The notes beneath the pieces were generated by a model. It was not told the DNA's origin. It ran no database searches and saw nothing but the letters and a program-made list of their open reading frames with translations. From contig CALIUY010000030.1 of the NCBI GenBank assembly GCA_938048455.1, forward strand, positions 19,568-83,567: 64,000 bases of DNA. Direction: 5' to 3'. This stretch comes from an uncultured Desulfobacterales bacterium. GTDB taxonomy: Bacteria > Desulfobacterota > Desulfobacteria > Desulfobacterales > SpSt-501. The position numbers were made by a program, and so were the translations under genes. This document shows, piece by piece, positions 25,457 through 33,432 of the stretch (positions are counted from its first letter, which is position 1; each line of letters opens with the position of its first letter).

Positions 25457-27192
25457 CGCCTTCTCCGCACGCGGAAGCCCGCCTCGGCCAGCATCCCCCG
25501 CAGCCCGATCAGATGGGCGGAGCCTACGAAGACGGCGCCTCCTCCCTGCAGGAGGTAGGGCCGCATGCGCTCGAGAAAACGGGCGTCGCGGCGGTGGATC
25601 ACAAGCTCGGTACGGGTCGGAAACTCGATGCTCGTCCCGAAGAGACGCTCCGGCTCGCCCTGGAGGTAAAACCGCTCGTAGCGGCGCATCATCCGGCCCC
25701 AGCGGCGGCAGCCGCGAAGAAAGTTCACGATGCGGGCCAGCGGGATCCCCTCCAGGGTCTCGATCTGTTCCTCGAGGGTCTCCAGGGCGATCACGGTTTT
25801 GCCCATCTCCCGGGCGATCCGCCAGGCCTCGAGATCGACCGACTCCTTCCAGCCCCGGCGGGCGACAAACGCGGCCCACAGCGAGAAAAAGGCATACCAC
25901 GGTCGGGTCCCGGTGAGCAGTCCGCGCACGTCGGGCGGATCGGGGTGTTCGAAACCGAAAAACCGCGCCCACCTTCCCCGGGGGCCGCAGACCACCCGCT
26001 CGAGCCGTGCGATCTCCTCCTCCGCCAGGAGCGTCGCCAACCGCGGCCCCCCGGCGGGAGGTGTCCGGCCGATCCGGGCCACGGCTTCCAGGCTCTTCGG
26101 GTCGAGCGGGCCCTCGAAGAGGACCGTCTCCACCTCTTCGAAGAGCCGGCGGAAGGAGCGCTCGAAGCGGAAGCCGAAAAAATGCGCCGTCCCCCCGAGG
26201 AAAGAGCGCCGTCCCTCGCGCTCGACCTCCCAGAGCATCGCGTAGCGCCGCTCCCGCGGCAAGCTGGCGAGAAACTCGTGCCGGGAAACGGGCTCCCGCG
26301 GAAGCCGGGCCAGGACGCGCGCCAGATCGTTCACCTCCGCCCGCCAGCCTTCGCCCTCCCGCCAGGAGGCCATCTCGTAATCCGGACCGGGTGCGGCCCC
26401 CCATTTCTCCTTGAAACGGCGGATCCCGTCGTTCACGCCCAGTCCGAGATGCAAATGGTCCTTTCCTTCGCGCCGTGCGGCGCGGATCATCTCCCGAAAG
26501 AGAAGATCGGTCGCATACGGGGTGTAGGGCGCCCGGGAATGGGCGCCGAGGAGGTAGCTCGTGAAGCGCCGTGGAGCGCGGTCGATCAGCAGGCAGGCCG
26601 CGATGCGCCCCTCGGCGTCGCGGGCGCTGAGCAACGCAAGCCCCGGCGTCCGCCCCAAGAGCCCGGGGGTACGGGCATAGAGCTCGCGCACCCGCGGCGG
26701 AAGAGCGACCCGGCTCAGAAACTCGGCCCAGAGGCGGCGGTGGGCGGCGTCGAACGTGACCGTCTCCTCGACCGCCAGCCGTGCCTCCGCCCGTTCGGCT
26801 GCCCGTTCGAGCCGCGGCGGGATCCGCGCCGCGAGGGAAAGCACATAATAGCGGTCCGACTCCACGCGCCGGTCGGCCAGCCGCGACGGAAGCCGCGGGG
26901 CAATGGCCCAACAGTCCCGGGCGTGCGTGCGCCGCAGGGCCTCGGCGAGGGCTTCCTCGAAATCTTTTTCCGCGTCTTCTTCTCCCAGGGGGTAGCCCAC
27001 GGCGATCAGCCAGTCTTCGCGGGCGTAAAAAAGAAAGTCTCCGCACGCGAAGGGCTCCCCTCCCGAGACGGCCGCCATGAAAGGGACCGAATGCTCGGGA
27101 ACCCGGGCCCGTTCGAGGGCGGCGGTCACCTCCCGGGGCGACAAGGAAAAGGATTCCGCTTCGGCGGCTGCGGTCGATCTCGTGCCGTTCAT
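25453..27192 (-). CDS. Fusion protein: N-terminal FemAB/Acetyltransf_6-like domain plus C-terminal TraB/GumN (PrgY/Tiki-like) domain
   Basis: ORF 25453..27231 trimmed to ATG 27192. The N-half ends with SYLLGAHSRAPYTPYATDLLFREMIRAARREGKDHLHLGLGVNDGIRRFKEKWGAAP. The C-half (about 25456..26244) has TraB/GumN marks MLWEVEREGRRSFLGGTAHFF (GTxH) and VFVGSAHLIGLRGML (GxxH). Confidence 0.7.
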   Translation of the reverse strand: MNGTRSTAAAEAESFSLSPREVTAALERARVPEHSVPFMAAVSGGEPFACGDFLFYAREDWLIAVGYPLGEEDAEKDFEEALAEALRRTHARDCWAIAPRLPSRLADRRVESDRYYVLSLAARIPPRLERAAERAEARLAVEETVTFDAAHRRLWAEFLSRVALPPRVRELYARTPGLLGRTPGLALLSARDAEGRIAACLLIDRAPRRFTSYLLGAHSRAPYTPYATDLLFREMIRAARREGKDHLHLGLGVNDGIRRFKEKWGAAPGPDYEMASWREGEGWRAEVNDLARVLARLPREPVSRHEFLASLPRERRYAMLWEVEREGRRSFLGGTAHFFGFRFERSFRRLFEEVETVLFEGPLDPKSLEAVARIGRTPPAGGPRLATLLAEEEIARLERVVCGPRGRWARFFGFEHPDPPDVRGLLTGTRPWYAFFSLWAAFVARRGWKESVDLEAWRIAREMGKTVIALETLEEQIETLEGIPLARIVNFLRGCRRWGRMMRRYERFYLQGEPERLFGTSIEFPTRTELVIHRRDARFLERMRPYLLQGGGAVFVGSAHLIGLRGMLAEAGFRVRRRR

Positions 27193-27413
27193 GGATGTTC
27201 CATAATAGAACCCGAGGGGGTCTGCAACCACTCGGCGCCGCGGCGGACCGCCACACGACCGACCCGGCGCCTGACGGCCGAGGGGGCCTTCCGGCGGCTT
27301 TCTTCCTGGCCTGCGAAGGCAGGAACCGGCTTTGCGGTTGAGCCCCGCGAAAAATCGGTCTAAAGAAGAGGGGGTCTGGGGCGGTCCAACCCTTTCAGGA
27401 TCAGGAGGGACCC

Positions 27414-27953
27414 ATGAAACGAGGCGTCGACTGGAGGCCTTATGTCGCCGGCGCCCTGGTCGGGGTGCTGGCGACCGTATCCGTCGTGGTCACGACCCGG
27501 GTGCTGGGAAAAACCCAGTTCCTGGGGGCCTCGACCACCTTCGTGCGCGCCGCGGGGTTCGTGGAACAGGCGGTCGATCCCGAACACGTGCGGCAGAACC
27601 CTTATTTCGCCAAGGAAAAAATACGGATCGACTGGCAGTTCATGCTGATCGCCGGCATTTTCATCGGCGCGCTCGCCGCCTCCATCCTGGACGGGAGCTT
27701 TCGCCTCGAGGCGGTGCCGCCGATCTGGCGCGAGCGCTTCGGGGACAGCGTGGCGCTGCGCGCCGTGGGTGCTTTCTTGGGCGGGATCGTCGCCATGTTC
27801 GGCGCGCGGCTGGCCGACGGCTGCCCGAGCGGCCACGGGCTGAGCGGACTGATGCAGCTCTCGGTCAGCGGCTTCATCGCGCTCGCCTGCTTCTTCGGCG
27901 CCGGGGTCCTCATGGCCGCCTGGGTCTACGGCGGGAAAGGAGGCCGCAGATGA
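27414..27953 (+). CDS. YeeE/YedE-family (sulfur-compound transport) membrane protein, first half-size subunit
   Basis: CAGGAGGG RBS. Polytopic 179 aa protein with the characteristic DGCPSGHGLSG motif. Confidence 0.8.
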   Translation: MKRGVDWRPYVAGALVGVLATVSVVVTTRVLGKTQFLGASTTFVRAAGFVEQAVDPEHVRQNPYFAKEKIRIDWQFMLIAGIFIGALAASILDGSFRLEAVPPIWRERFGDSVALRAVGAFLGGIVAMFGARLADGCPSGHGLSGLMQLSVSGFIALACFFGAGVLMAAWVYGGKGGRR

Positions 27954-28477
27954 GCGAACAGTGGCTGGGTCTGATCACGGGGATCCTGTTCGGAGCCCTG
28001 CTCCAGCAGGGTCGGGTCTTGCGCTTCGAAAAGCAGGTGGCGGCCATGCGCTTGGAGGATATGACCATCCTCAAGTTCATGATGTCCGCCATTCTCGTCG
28101 GGATGATCGGGATCCAGGCCGCCGTGGATCTCAAGCTCGCGGCCCTCAACCCCAAGGCCACCCAACTCGGAGCGAACCTTTTGGGCGGGATCCTCTTCGG
28201 CCTGGGCTGGGCGGTGATGGGCTTCTGCCCGGGGACCTCGGTCGGCGCGGTGGCCGAGGGCCGCTGGCATGCGATCTTCGCCATCCTGGGGATGATGACC
28301 GGAGCGGCCCTTTACGCCGAAGCCTACCCGCGGCTGGAAAAAACGCTTCTGGCCTGGGGGAATCTCGGCAAGATCACCTTGCCGGGGGTGCTCGGCCTCT
28401 CCCCCTGGGTCGTCATCCCGGCGCTGGCCGCCGTGTTTTTGCTGTGTTTTGTTTTCTTCGAGAAAAAGGGGCTCTGA
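27950..28477 (+). CDS. YeeE/YedE-family membrane protein, second half-size subunit
   Basis: ATG 27950 overlaps the upstream TGA (ATGA) and has GGAAAGGAGG upstream. MSEQWLGLITGILFGALLQQGR... with GFCPGTSVGA motif. Confidence 0.8.
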   Translation: MSEQWLGLITGILFGALLQQGRVLRFEKQVAAMRLEDMTILKFMMSAILVGMIGIQAAVDLKLAALNPKATQLGANLLGGILFGLGWAVMGFCPGTSVGAVAEGRWHAIFAILGMMTGAALYAEAYPRLEKTLLAWGNLGKITLPGVLGLSPWVVIPALAAVFLLCFVFFEKKGL

Positions 28478-28480
28478 GCG

Positions 28481-29614
28481 ATGACGACGCATCTCCGGGA
28501 AGCCCTCGGACGCCGCAAAACGGAGCTCGATACCCCCTGCCTCGTGATCGATCTCGACCGCCTGGATGAGAACCTGCAGAAAATGCAGAGCCGGGTCAAG
28601 GCGGCGGGCAAGGCGCTGCGACCGCACGCCAAGACCCACAAGTGCTCGATGATCGCCAAGATGCAGATCGCCAACGGCGCGATCGGCGTCTGCGCGGCCA
28701 AGATCGCCGAGGCCGAGGCCCTGGTCGAGGCCGGAATCTCGGGGATCCTCCTCACCGGACCCGTGGCTGGCCGCACCAAGACCGACCGGCTGGTCGCGTT
28801 GCTCGAGCGCGCCCCCTTTCTGATCGCCGTCGTCGACGACGCGGCGGGGGTAGAGCTTCTGGAATCGCGCCTGGCGGAGGCGGGGTGCCGCCTCGATGTG
28901 CTGCTCGATCTGGATGTCGGCCAGCACCGCACGGGAGTGCCCCCGGCGCGCGCCGCCGCGCTGGCGCAGAAGATCCTCGCAAGCCCCCACCTGCGGCTGC
29001 GCGGCCTACAGGCCTACGCCGGCCACCTGCAGCACATCCCCCGCTACGCGGACCGCAAGCTCGCCTCCCGGGAGGCCTTGCGGCAGGCGGCGGCCGTATT
29101 CCGCGAGCTTCAGGCGCGGACGCCCTCCTGCGACATCCTGAGCGGCGCCGGCACGGGCACCGCGCGCATCGATCTCGCGGTGCCCGAGCTGACCGAGCTC
29201 CAGGCCGGATCCTATGCCCTCATGGACGCCGAGTACCTTGCCGTGGAGTCGGCCGACGGCTCGGAGGAACCCGACTACGCCCCGGCCCTCACCCTGCTCA
29301 CCACGGTCGTGAGCGGCCCCCACGGCCGGCAGGTCACCGTGGACGCGGGGCTCAAGGCGATCTACCGCGACGGCGGAAGGCCGCGGGTGATCCACCCGGA
29401 CTACGGTCGCCTGCAGTACGAATGGTTCGGCGACGAATACGGAAGACTCGTCGCCCCGGACCGCGCTTGCCTGCTTCCCGCTCCCGGATCGGTACTCGAA
29501 CTCATCGTCTCGCACTGCGACCCGACGGTGAATCTCTTCGATCACTTCGTGGTGACGCGGGCCGAGCGGGTGATCGACGTCTGGCCGATCGACCTGCGCG
29601 GCCGCTGCCAATAA
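28481..29614 (+). CDS. DSD1-family PLP enzyme (D-threonine aldolase / D-serine dehydratase-like, alanine racemase N-terminal fold)
   Basis: DTPCLVIDLDRLDENL, PLP-lysine motif LRPHAKTHKC, GVCAAKI.EAE, H.G.P, LRGLQAY.GH and SHCDPTVN. Confidence 0.8.
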   Translation: MTTHLREALGRRKTELDTPCLVIDLDRLDENLQKMQSRVKAAGKALRPHAKTHKCSMIAKMQIANGAIGVCAAKIAEAEALVEAGISGILLTGPVAGRTKTDRLVALLERAPFLIAVVDDAAGVELLESRLAEAGCRLDVLLDLDVGQHRTGVPPARAAALAQKILASPHLRLRGLQAYAGHLQHIPRYADRKLASREALRQAAAVFRELQARTPSCDILSGAGTGTARIDLAVPELTELQAGSYALMDAEYLAVESADGSEEPDYAPALTLLTTVVSGPHGRQVTVDAGLKAIYRDGGRPRVIHPDYGRLQYEWFGDEYGRLVAPDRACLLPAPGSVLELIVSHCDPTVNLFDHFVVTRAERVIDVWPIDLRGRCQ

Positions 29615-29625
29615 GGGGGGCGGCC

Positions 29626-30492
29626 TTGAGGAGCTGGCGGAAGCTGTTCGGCGGCCGCAAGCCCGTGATCGCCTGCATCCATCTGCCTGCCCTTCCCGGA
29701 TCCCCGCGCTACGCGGGAAAAATCGACCGCGTCTACGAGGCGGCCCTGGAGGAGACGGAGATCTATCGCCGGGCCGGCGTGGACGGCCTGCTGGTCGAGA
29801 ATTTCCGCGACATGCCCTTCTTTCCGGACCGCGTCCCCGCCGAAACCGTCGCCGCCATGGCCGCGGTGACGCGCGAGGTGGTCCGAGCCTCGGGCCTCCC
29901 GGTCGGGGTGAACGTCCTGCGAAACGACGCCGCAGCCGCCCTGGCGGCGGCCACCGCGGCGGCCGCGCACTTCATCCGCGTGAACGTCCACCTGGGCGCC
30001 GCGGTCGGCGACCCGGGCATCCTCGAGGGCCGGGCTCACGAGACGCTGCGCCGTCGGTCCTTCCTGGAATCTCCGGTCCTGATCTTCGCCGATCTGCGCG
30101 TCAAGCACGCCGTCCCCCTCGTCGTGCGGGATCTCGCCACGGAAGCGCGCGAGCTCGAAGAGCGGGGGCTGGCCGACGCGTTGATCGTCACCGGCCGGCG
30201 CACCGGAGAGGCCGCGGACCCGGCGGCGCTGCTGACCGTGCGGGCGAGCTGCCGGCTTCCGATTCTCGTCGGCAGCGGGCTCACCCCGGAAAACCTCGCG
30301 CACTTTCATGCCCAAGCCCAGGGCTTCATCGTGGGAAGCTTCTTCAAAAAGGGGGGGCGGGCCGAACATCGCGTCGAAGAAGGGCGGGTACGGGCTTTCC
30401 TGCAGCGCCGGGCCGAACTCGAGGGCCGATCGTCCCCGGAGGCGGGAGCCGCTTTCAGCCGAGGTCGGGTTCGATCTGCAGCGTGTCGTTGA
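29626..30492 (+). CDS. BtpA/SgcQ-family protein
   Basis: TTG start in the frame of ORF 28642..30492. PVIACIHLPALPGSPRY, GVDGLLVENF.D.PF, VGVNVLRND, IRVNVH.GA, ADALIVTG..TG and ILVGSGLTPEN. The 3' end overlaps the convergent gene by 38 nt. Confidence 0.75.
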   Translation: MRSWRKLFGGRKPVIACIHLPALPGSPRYAGKIDRVYEAALEETEIYRRAGVDGLLVENFRDMPFFPDRVPAETVAAMAAVTREVVRASGLPVGVNVLRNDAAAALAAATAAAAHFIRVNVHLGAAVGDPGILEGRAHETLRRRSFLESPVLIFADLRVKHAVPLVVRDLATEARELEERGLADALIVTGRRTGEAADPAALLTVRASCRLPILVGSGLTPENLAHFHAQAQGFIVGSFFKKGGRAEHRVEEGRVRAFLQRRAELEGRSSPEAGAAFSRGRVRSAACR

Positions 30493-30985
30493 AGCGGTTG
30501 ACGAGATTGGCCAGGCCGATCACGAGAACGAGTTCCACGATTTCCGCTTCGTCGTAGTATTTCCCCATCCAGTCGAGCACGGAGGCGTCGACGGCCGCCG
30601 CCCCGCGCGTGACGAGATCGGCGAAGCGGATGGTCGCCCGCTCCTTTTCGTCGTAGGCCGGACTGATCTGGTAAAAACGAAGGTCCTCGATCTGCCGCTC
30701 GCTCACCCCCGCCTGCCGGGCGGAGGCGGTGTGCGCCTGGATACAGTAGCGGCAGGCGTTGATGCTCGCCGCCTTGAGGTAGGCAAGCTCCTTCAGACGC
30801 GCCGGCACCTTGCCCTGGGTCATGACCGCCGTGTAAAAGGGGATGAAGGTTTTCAGCGCGGCCGGGAAATGCGCCATGACGCCGAAGATGTTGGGCATCT
30901 TGCCGATCGCGGCGTGCAGGTCGCGGTAGAGGCCTTCGAGCCCCGCATCCGCTTGCTGAAGCGTCAACGGTTGGGGAATGCCCAT
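30455..30985 (-). CDS. Carboxymuconolactone decarboxylase / AhpD-like family protein
   Basis: GGAGGAG RBS. PNIFGVMAHFPAALK, LKELAYLKAASINACRYCIQAH (CxxC) and VIGLANLVNRFN. Confidence 0.8.
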   Translation of the reverse strand: MGIPQPLTLQQADAGLEGLYRDLHAAIGKMPNIFGVMAHFPAALKTFIPFYTAVMTQGKVPARLKELAYLKAASINACRYCIQAHTASARQAGVSERQIEDLRFYQISPAYDEKERATIRFADLVTRGAAAVDASVLDWMGKYYDEAEIVELVLVIGLANLVNRFNDTLQIEPDLG

Positions 30986-31359
30986 CGCCCTTTCTCCTCC
31001 GTTTTCCGGAAACGAAGTGCGATCCTGAGTGTCCCCTTACGCCGATCGCGCCGGAAGAGTCAACCGGATCGAGCCGCGAGCCGGCCGATTGCTCGGCAGG
31101 AGCCGGTTTTCGACGGGGAGAAGCCGACCGGCCGCCGAATGAGGGATAGCTTGTTCTTCCATCTCGGTCTGTGCCGGCCTGAACTCGACGGAAACCGTCG
31201 CCGAGCGGGTGCGGAAATTTCGACCGCCGCCAGAGCGAAGAGACAACAGCCGAGGCAGACAGAGAACCGGAGGCGATTCATCGGGCGGGCAATTGCGATG
31301 CGGGAGACATTTGGGAAACTTCGCCTGTCCCGCCTGCACCGTAAAGCGGGAGGAAGCGG

Positions 31360-31388
31360 TTGAAAGCATAAAAGGATTCTGGTAGCGT
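31360..31388 (+). promoter_or_regulatory. Candidate sigma70-type promoter for argF-arcC (TTGAAA-17 nt-TAGCGT)
   Basis: The only AT-rich patch in the 494-nt gap. TTGAAA at 31360..31365 and TAGCGT at 31383..31388, about 95 nt upstream of ATG 31480. Pattern only. Confidence 0.3.
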
Positions 31389-31479
31389 CGCCGGCGACGG
31401 CCGTTTGAAAACCGGGCCGTTTCTTTGTTCCCGGAGGTCTCTGCTCCGGTATCGGCTCCGCTTTGCAGGAGGCTGTTCC

Positions 31480-32487
31480 ATGGCCACGGATCTCAAGAAC
31501 CGACACTTTCTAAAACTGCTCGATTTCACTGCCGAAGAAATCGCCCATCTGCTCGACTTCGCCGCCCGGCTCAAGGAAGAGAAGAAAAGCGGCCGGGAGC
31601 GGCCGCGGCTTGCCGGCAAGAATATCGCGCTCATCTTCGAGAAGACCTCCACCCGCACGCGCTGCGCCTTCGAGGTCGCCGCCTACGACCAGGGGGCGCA
31701 CGTCACGTATCTCGACCCCGCCGGCTCGCAGCTCGGCAAAAAAGAGTCGATCCGCGACACGGCCCGCGTGCTCGGACGGATGTACGACGGCATCGAGTAC
31801 CGCGGATTCAGCCAGGAGCGGGTCGAGGAGCTCGCGCGCTACGCCGGGGTGCCGGTCTGGAACGGCCTGACCGACGAGTTCCACCCCACCCAGGCGCTCG
31901 CCGACCTCCTCACGATGCGCGAACATGCCGGCCGGCCGCTCGCGAAGATCGCCTTCGCCTTCCTGGGCGACGGCCGCAACAACGTCGCCAACTCGCTTTG
32001 GGTCGCCGCCGCCAAGATGGGCATGGATTTCCGGGTGGTCGCCCCCCCGGCGCTCCAGCCGGCCGATGCGCTCCGATGCGCCGTCGAGCCGATCGCCGCA
32101 CAAAGCGGCGCCCGCCTGAGGGTGACCTCCTCGGTCGAGGAGGGGGTGCGCGGCTGCGATTTTCTCTATACCGACGTCTGGGTCTCGATGGGGGAACCGG
32201 AAAGCGTCTGGGAGGAACGCATCCGGCTGCTCGCCCCCTACCGCGTGGATGCGGCCGCGCTCGCCGCCACGGGCAATCCCCGCTGCAAGTTCCTCCACTG
32301 CCTGCCCGCCTTCCACGACCGCAACACGGAAATCGGGGAGGCGATCCACCGGCGCTTCGGCCTGGAGGCGATGGAGGTGACCGACGAGGTGTTCGAATCG
32401 CCGGCCTCGATCGTCTTCGACCAGGCCGAAAACCGGCTGCACACGATCAAGGCGATCCTCGTCGCCACGCTCGTCGGCGGCGCGTGA
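31480..32487 (+). CDS. argF: Ornithine carbamoyltransferase (anabolic argF or catabolic arcB type not distinguishable)
   Basis: ORF trimmed to ATG 31480 after [45 protein letters not shown] (ornithine SMG loop), HCLPAF, and [12 protein letters not shown]. Confidence 0.92.
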   Translation: MATDLKNRHFLKLLDFTAEEIAHLLDFAARLKEEKKSGRERPRLAGKNIALIFEKTSTRTRCAFEVAAYDQGAHVTYLDPAGSQLGKKESIRDTARVLGRMYDGIEYRGFSQERVEELARYAGVPVWNGLTDEFHPTQALADLLTMREHAGRPLAKIAFAFLGDGRNNVANSLWVAAAKMGMDFRVVAPPALQPADALRCAVEPIAAQSGARLRVTSSVEEGVRGCDFLYTDVWVSMGEPESVWEERIRLLAPYRVDAAALAATGNPRCKFLHCLPAFHDRNTEIGEAIHRRFGLEAMEVTDEVFESPASIVFDQAENRLHTIKAILVATLVGGA

Positions 32488-32491
32488 GCCG

Positions 32492-33418
32492 ATGGACCCG
32501 AAGCTCCTCTTGATCGCCCTCGGCGGCAACGCCCTGATCCGCAAGGGACAGCGCGGCACGGCCGAGGAGCAGTTCGCCAACCTGAAGATCCCCATGCGGC
32601 AGATCGCGCGCCTTTCGCGCGAACACCGCATCGTGATCACCCACGGCAACGGCCCCCAGGCGGGAAACCTCCTGCTCCAGCAGGAGAGCTGCCGCGCGGT
32701 GCCGCGCATGCCGCTCGAGATCATCGTCGCCATGACCCAGGGCCAGATCGGCTACATGATCGAGTCGACCCTCGACGAGGCGCTCATGGAAATCGGGGTC
32801 ATGACCGAGCAGCTCTTCGTCTCGCTCATCTCCTACGTGGTCGTCGATCCTGCGGACCCCGCCTTCCGTCACCCCACCAAGCCGATCGGTCCCTTCTATA
32901 CCGAGGAGGAAGCCCGCCGCCTGCCCTACCCGACGGTACGGACGGACAAGGGCTTTCGTCGCGTGGTCGCCAGCCCGCGGCCGCTGGGAATCGTCGAGCA
33001 CCGGGAAATCAAAAAACTGATCGAGATGGGCTTCATCGTCATCTGCTGCGGCGGGGGAGGCATCCCCGTGGTTCGCGAGGAACGCACCTTCCGCGGGGTC
33101 GACGCGGTCATCGACAAGGACCTGGCCAGCGCGGTACTGGCTGCAGACCTGGGCGCCGATCTTTTCGTGATCGCCACCGACGTCCCCGGCGTCTGTCTCG
33201 ACCATGGCACCTCTCAAGCCTGCCTGCTGGGGGAGGTCCGGGCGGAGGAGCTTGCCGGCCACCACGCCCGGGGGCAGTTTCCCGCGGGATCCATGGGCCC
33301 CAAGGTCGAGGCCATCCTGCAATTCCACCGCGCGACCGGAAACCCCGGGATCATCTGCCGCATCGAGGAGATCGAGCCGGCCGTCCGCGGCGAAGCCGGG
33401 ACCCGCCTCATCGCCTGA
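32492..33418 (+). CDS. arcC: Carbamate kinase
   Basis: LLIALGGNAL, VITHGNGPQ.GNLLLQ, GQIGYM, PTKPIGPFY, RRVV.SP.P, CCGGGGIPV, GVDAVIDKDLAS and GSMGPKV. Confidence 0.92.
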   Translation: MDPKLLLIALGGNALIRKGQRGTAEEQFANLKIPMRQIARLSREHRIVITHGNGPQAGNLLLQQESCRAVPRMPLEIIVAMTQGQIGYMIESTLDEALMEIGVMTEQLFVSLISYVVVDPADPAFRHPTKPIGPFYTEEEARRLPYPTVRTDKGFRRVVASPRPLGIVEHREIKKLIEMGFIVICCGGGGIPVVREERTFRGVDAVIDKDLASAVLAADLGADLFVIATDVPGVCLDHGTSQACLLGEVRAEELAGHHARGQFPAGSMGPKVEAILQFHRATGNPGIICRIEEIEPAVRGEAGTRLIA

Positions 33419-33432
33419 AAGGGACCAAGACC

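Noticed and set aside
25457-27256. Upstream 600 codons of the 885-aa ORF 24599..27256.
   Set aside because: Only the last 285 codons (from ATG 25456) look like a real protein. The upstream part is an out-of-frame shadow of the FemAB-like::TraB gene (25453..27192), which has clear motifs and an ATGA junction.
31060-31281. 73-codon minus-strand ORF with a signal-peptide-like start (MNRLRFSVCLGCCLFALAAVEISAP...) inside the 494-nt gap.
   Set aside because: No RBS, an Arg-rich tail, and third-codon-position usage (many A/T-ending codons) unlike the confident genes in this window. Probably non-coding.
31360-31380. Possible ARG box (TTGAAAGCATAAAAGGATTCT) upstream of argF.
   Set aside because: It only loosely resembles the TGAAT-N4-ATTCA type consensus, because the half-site spacing is wrong. 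I kept it only as part of a candidate promoter.
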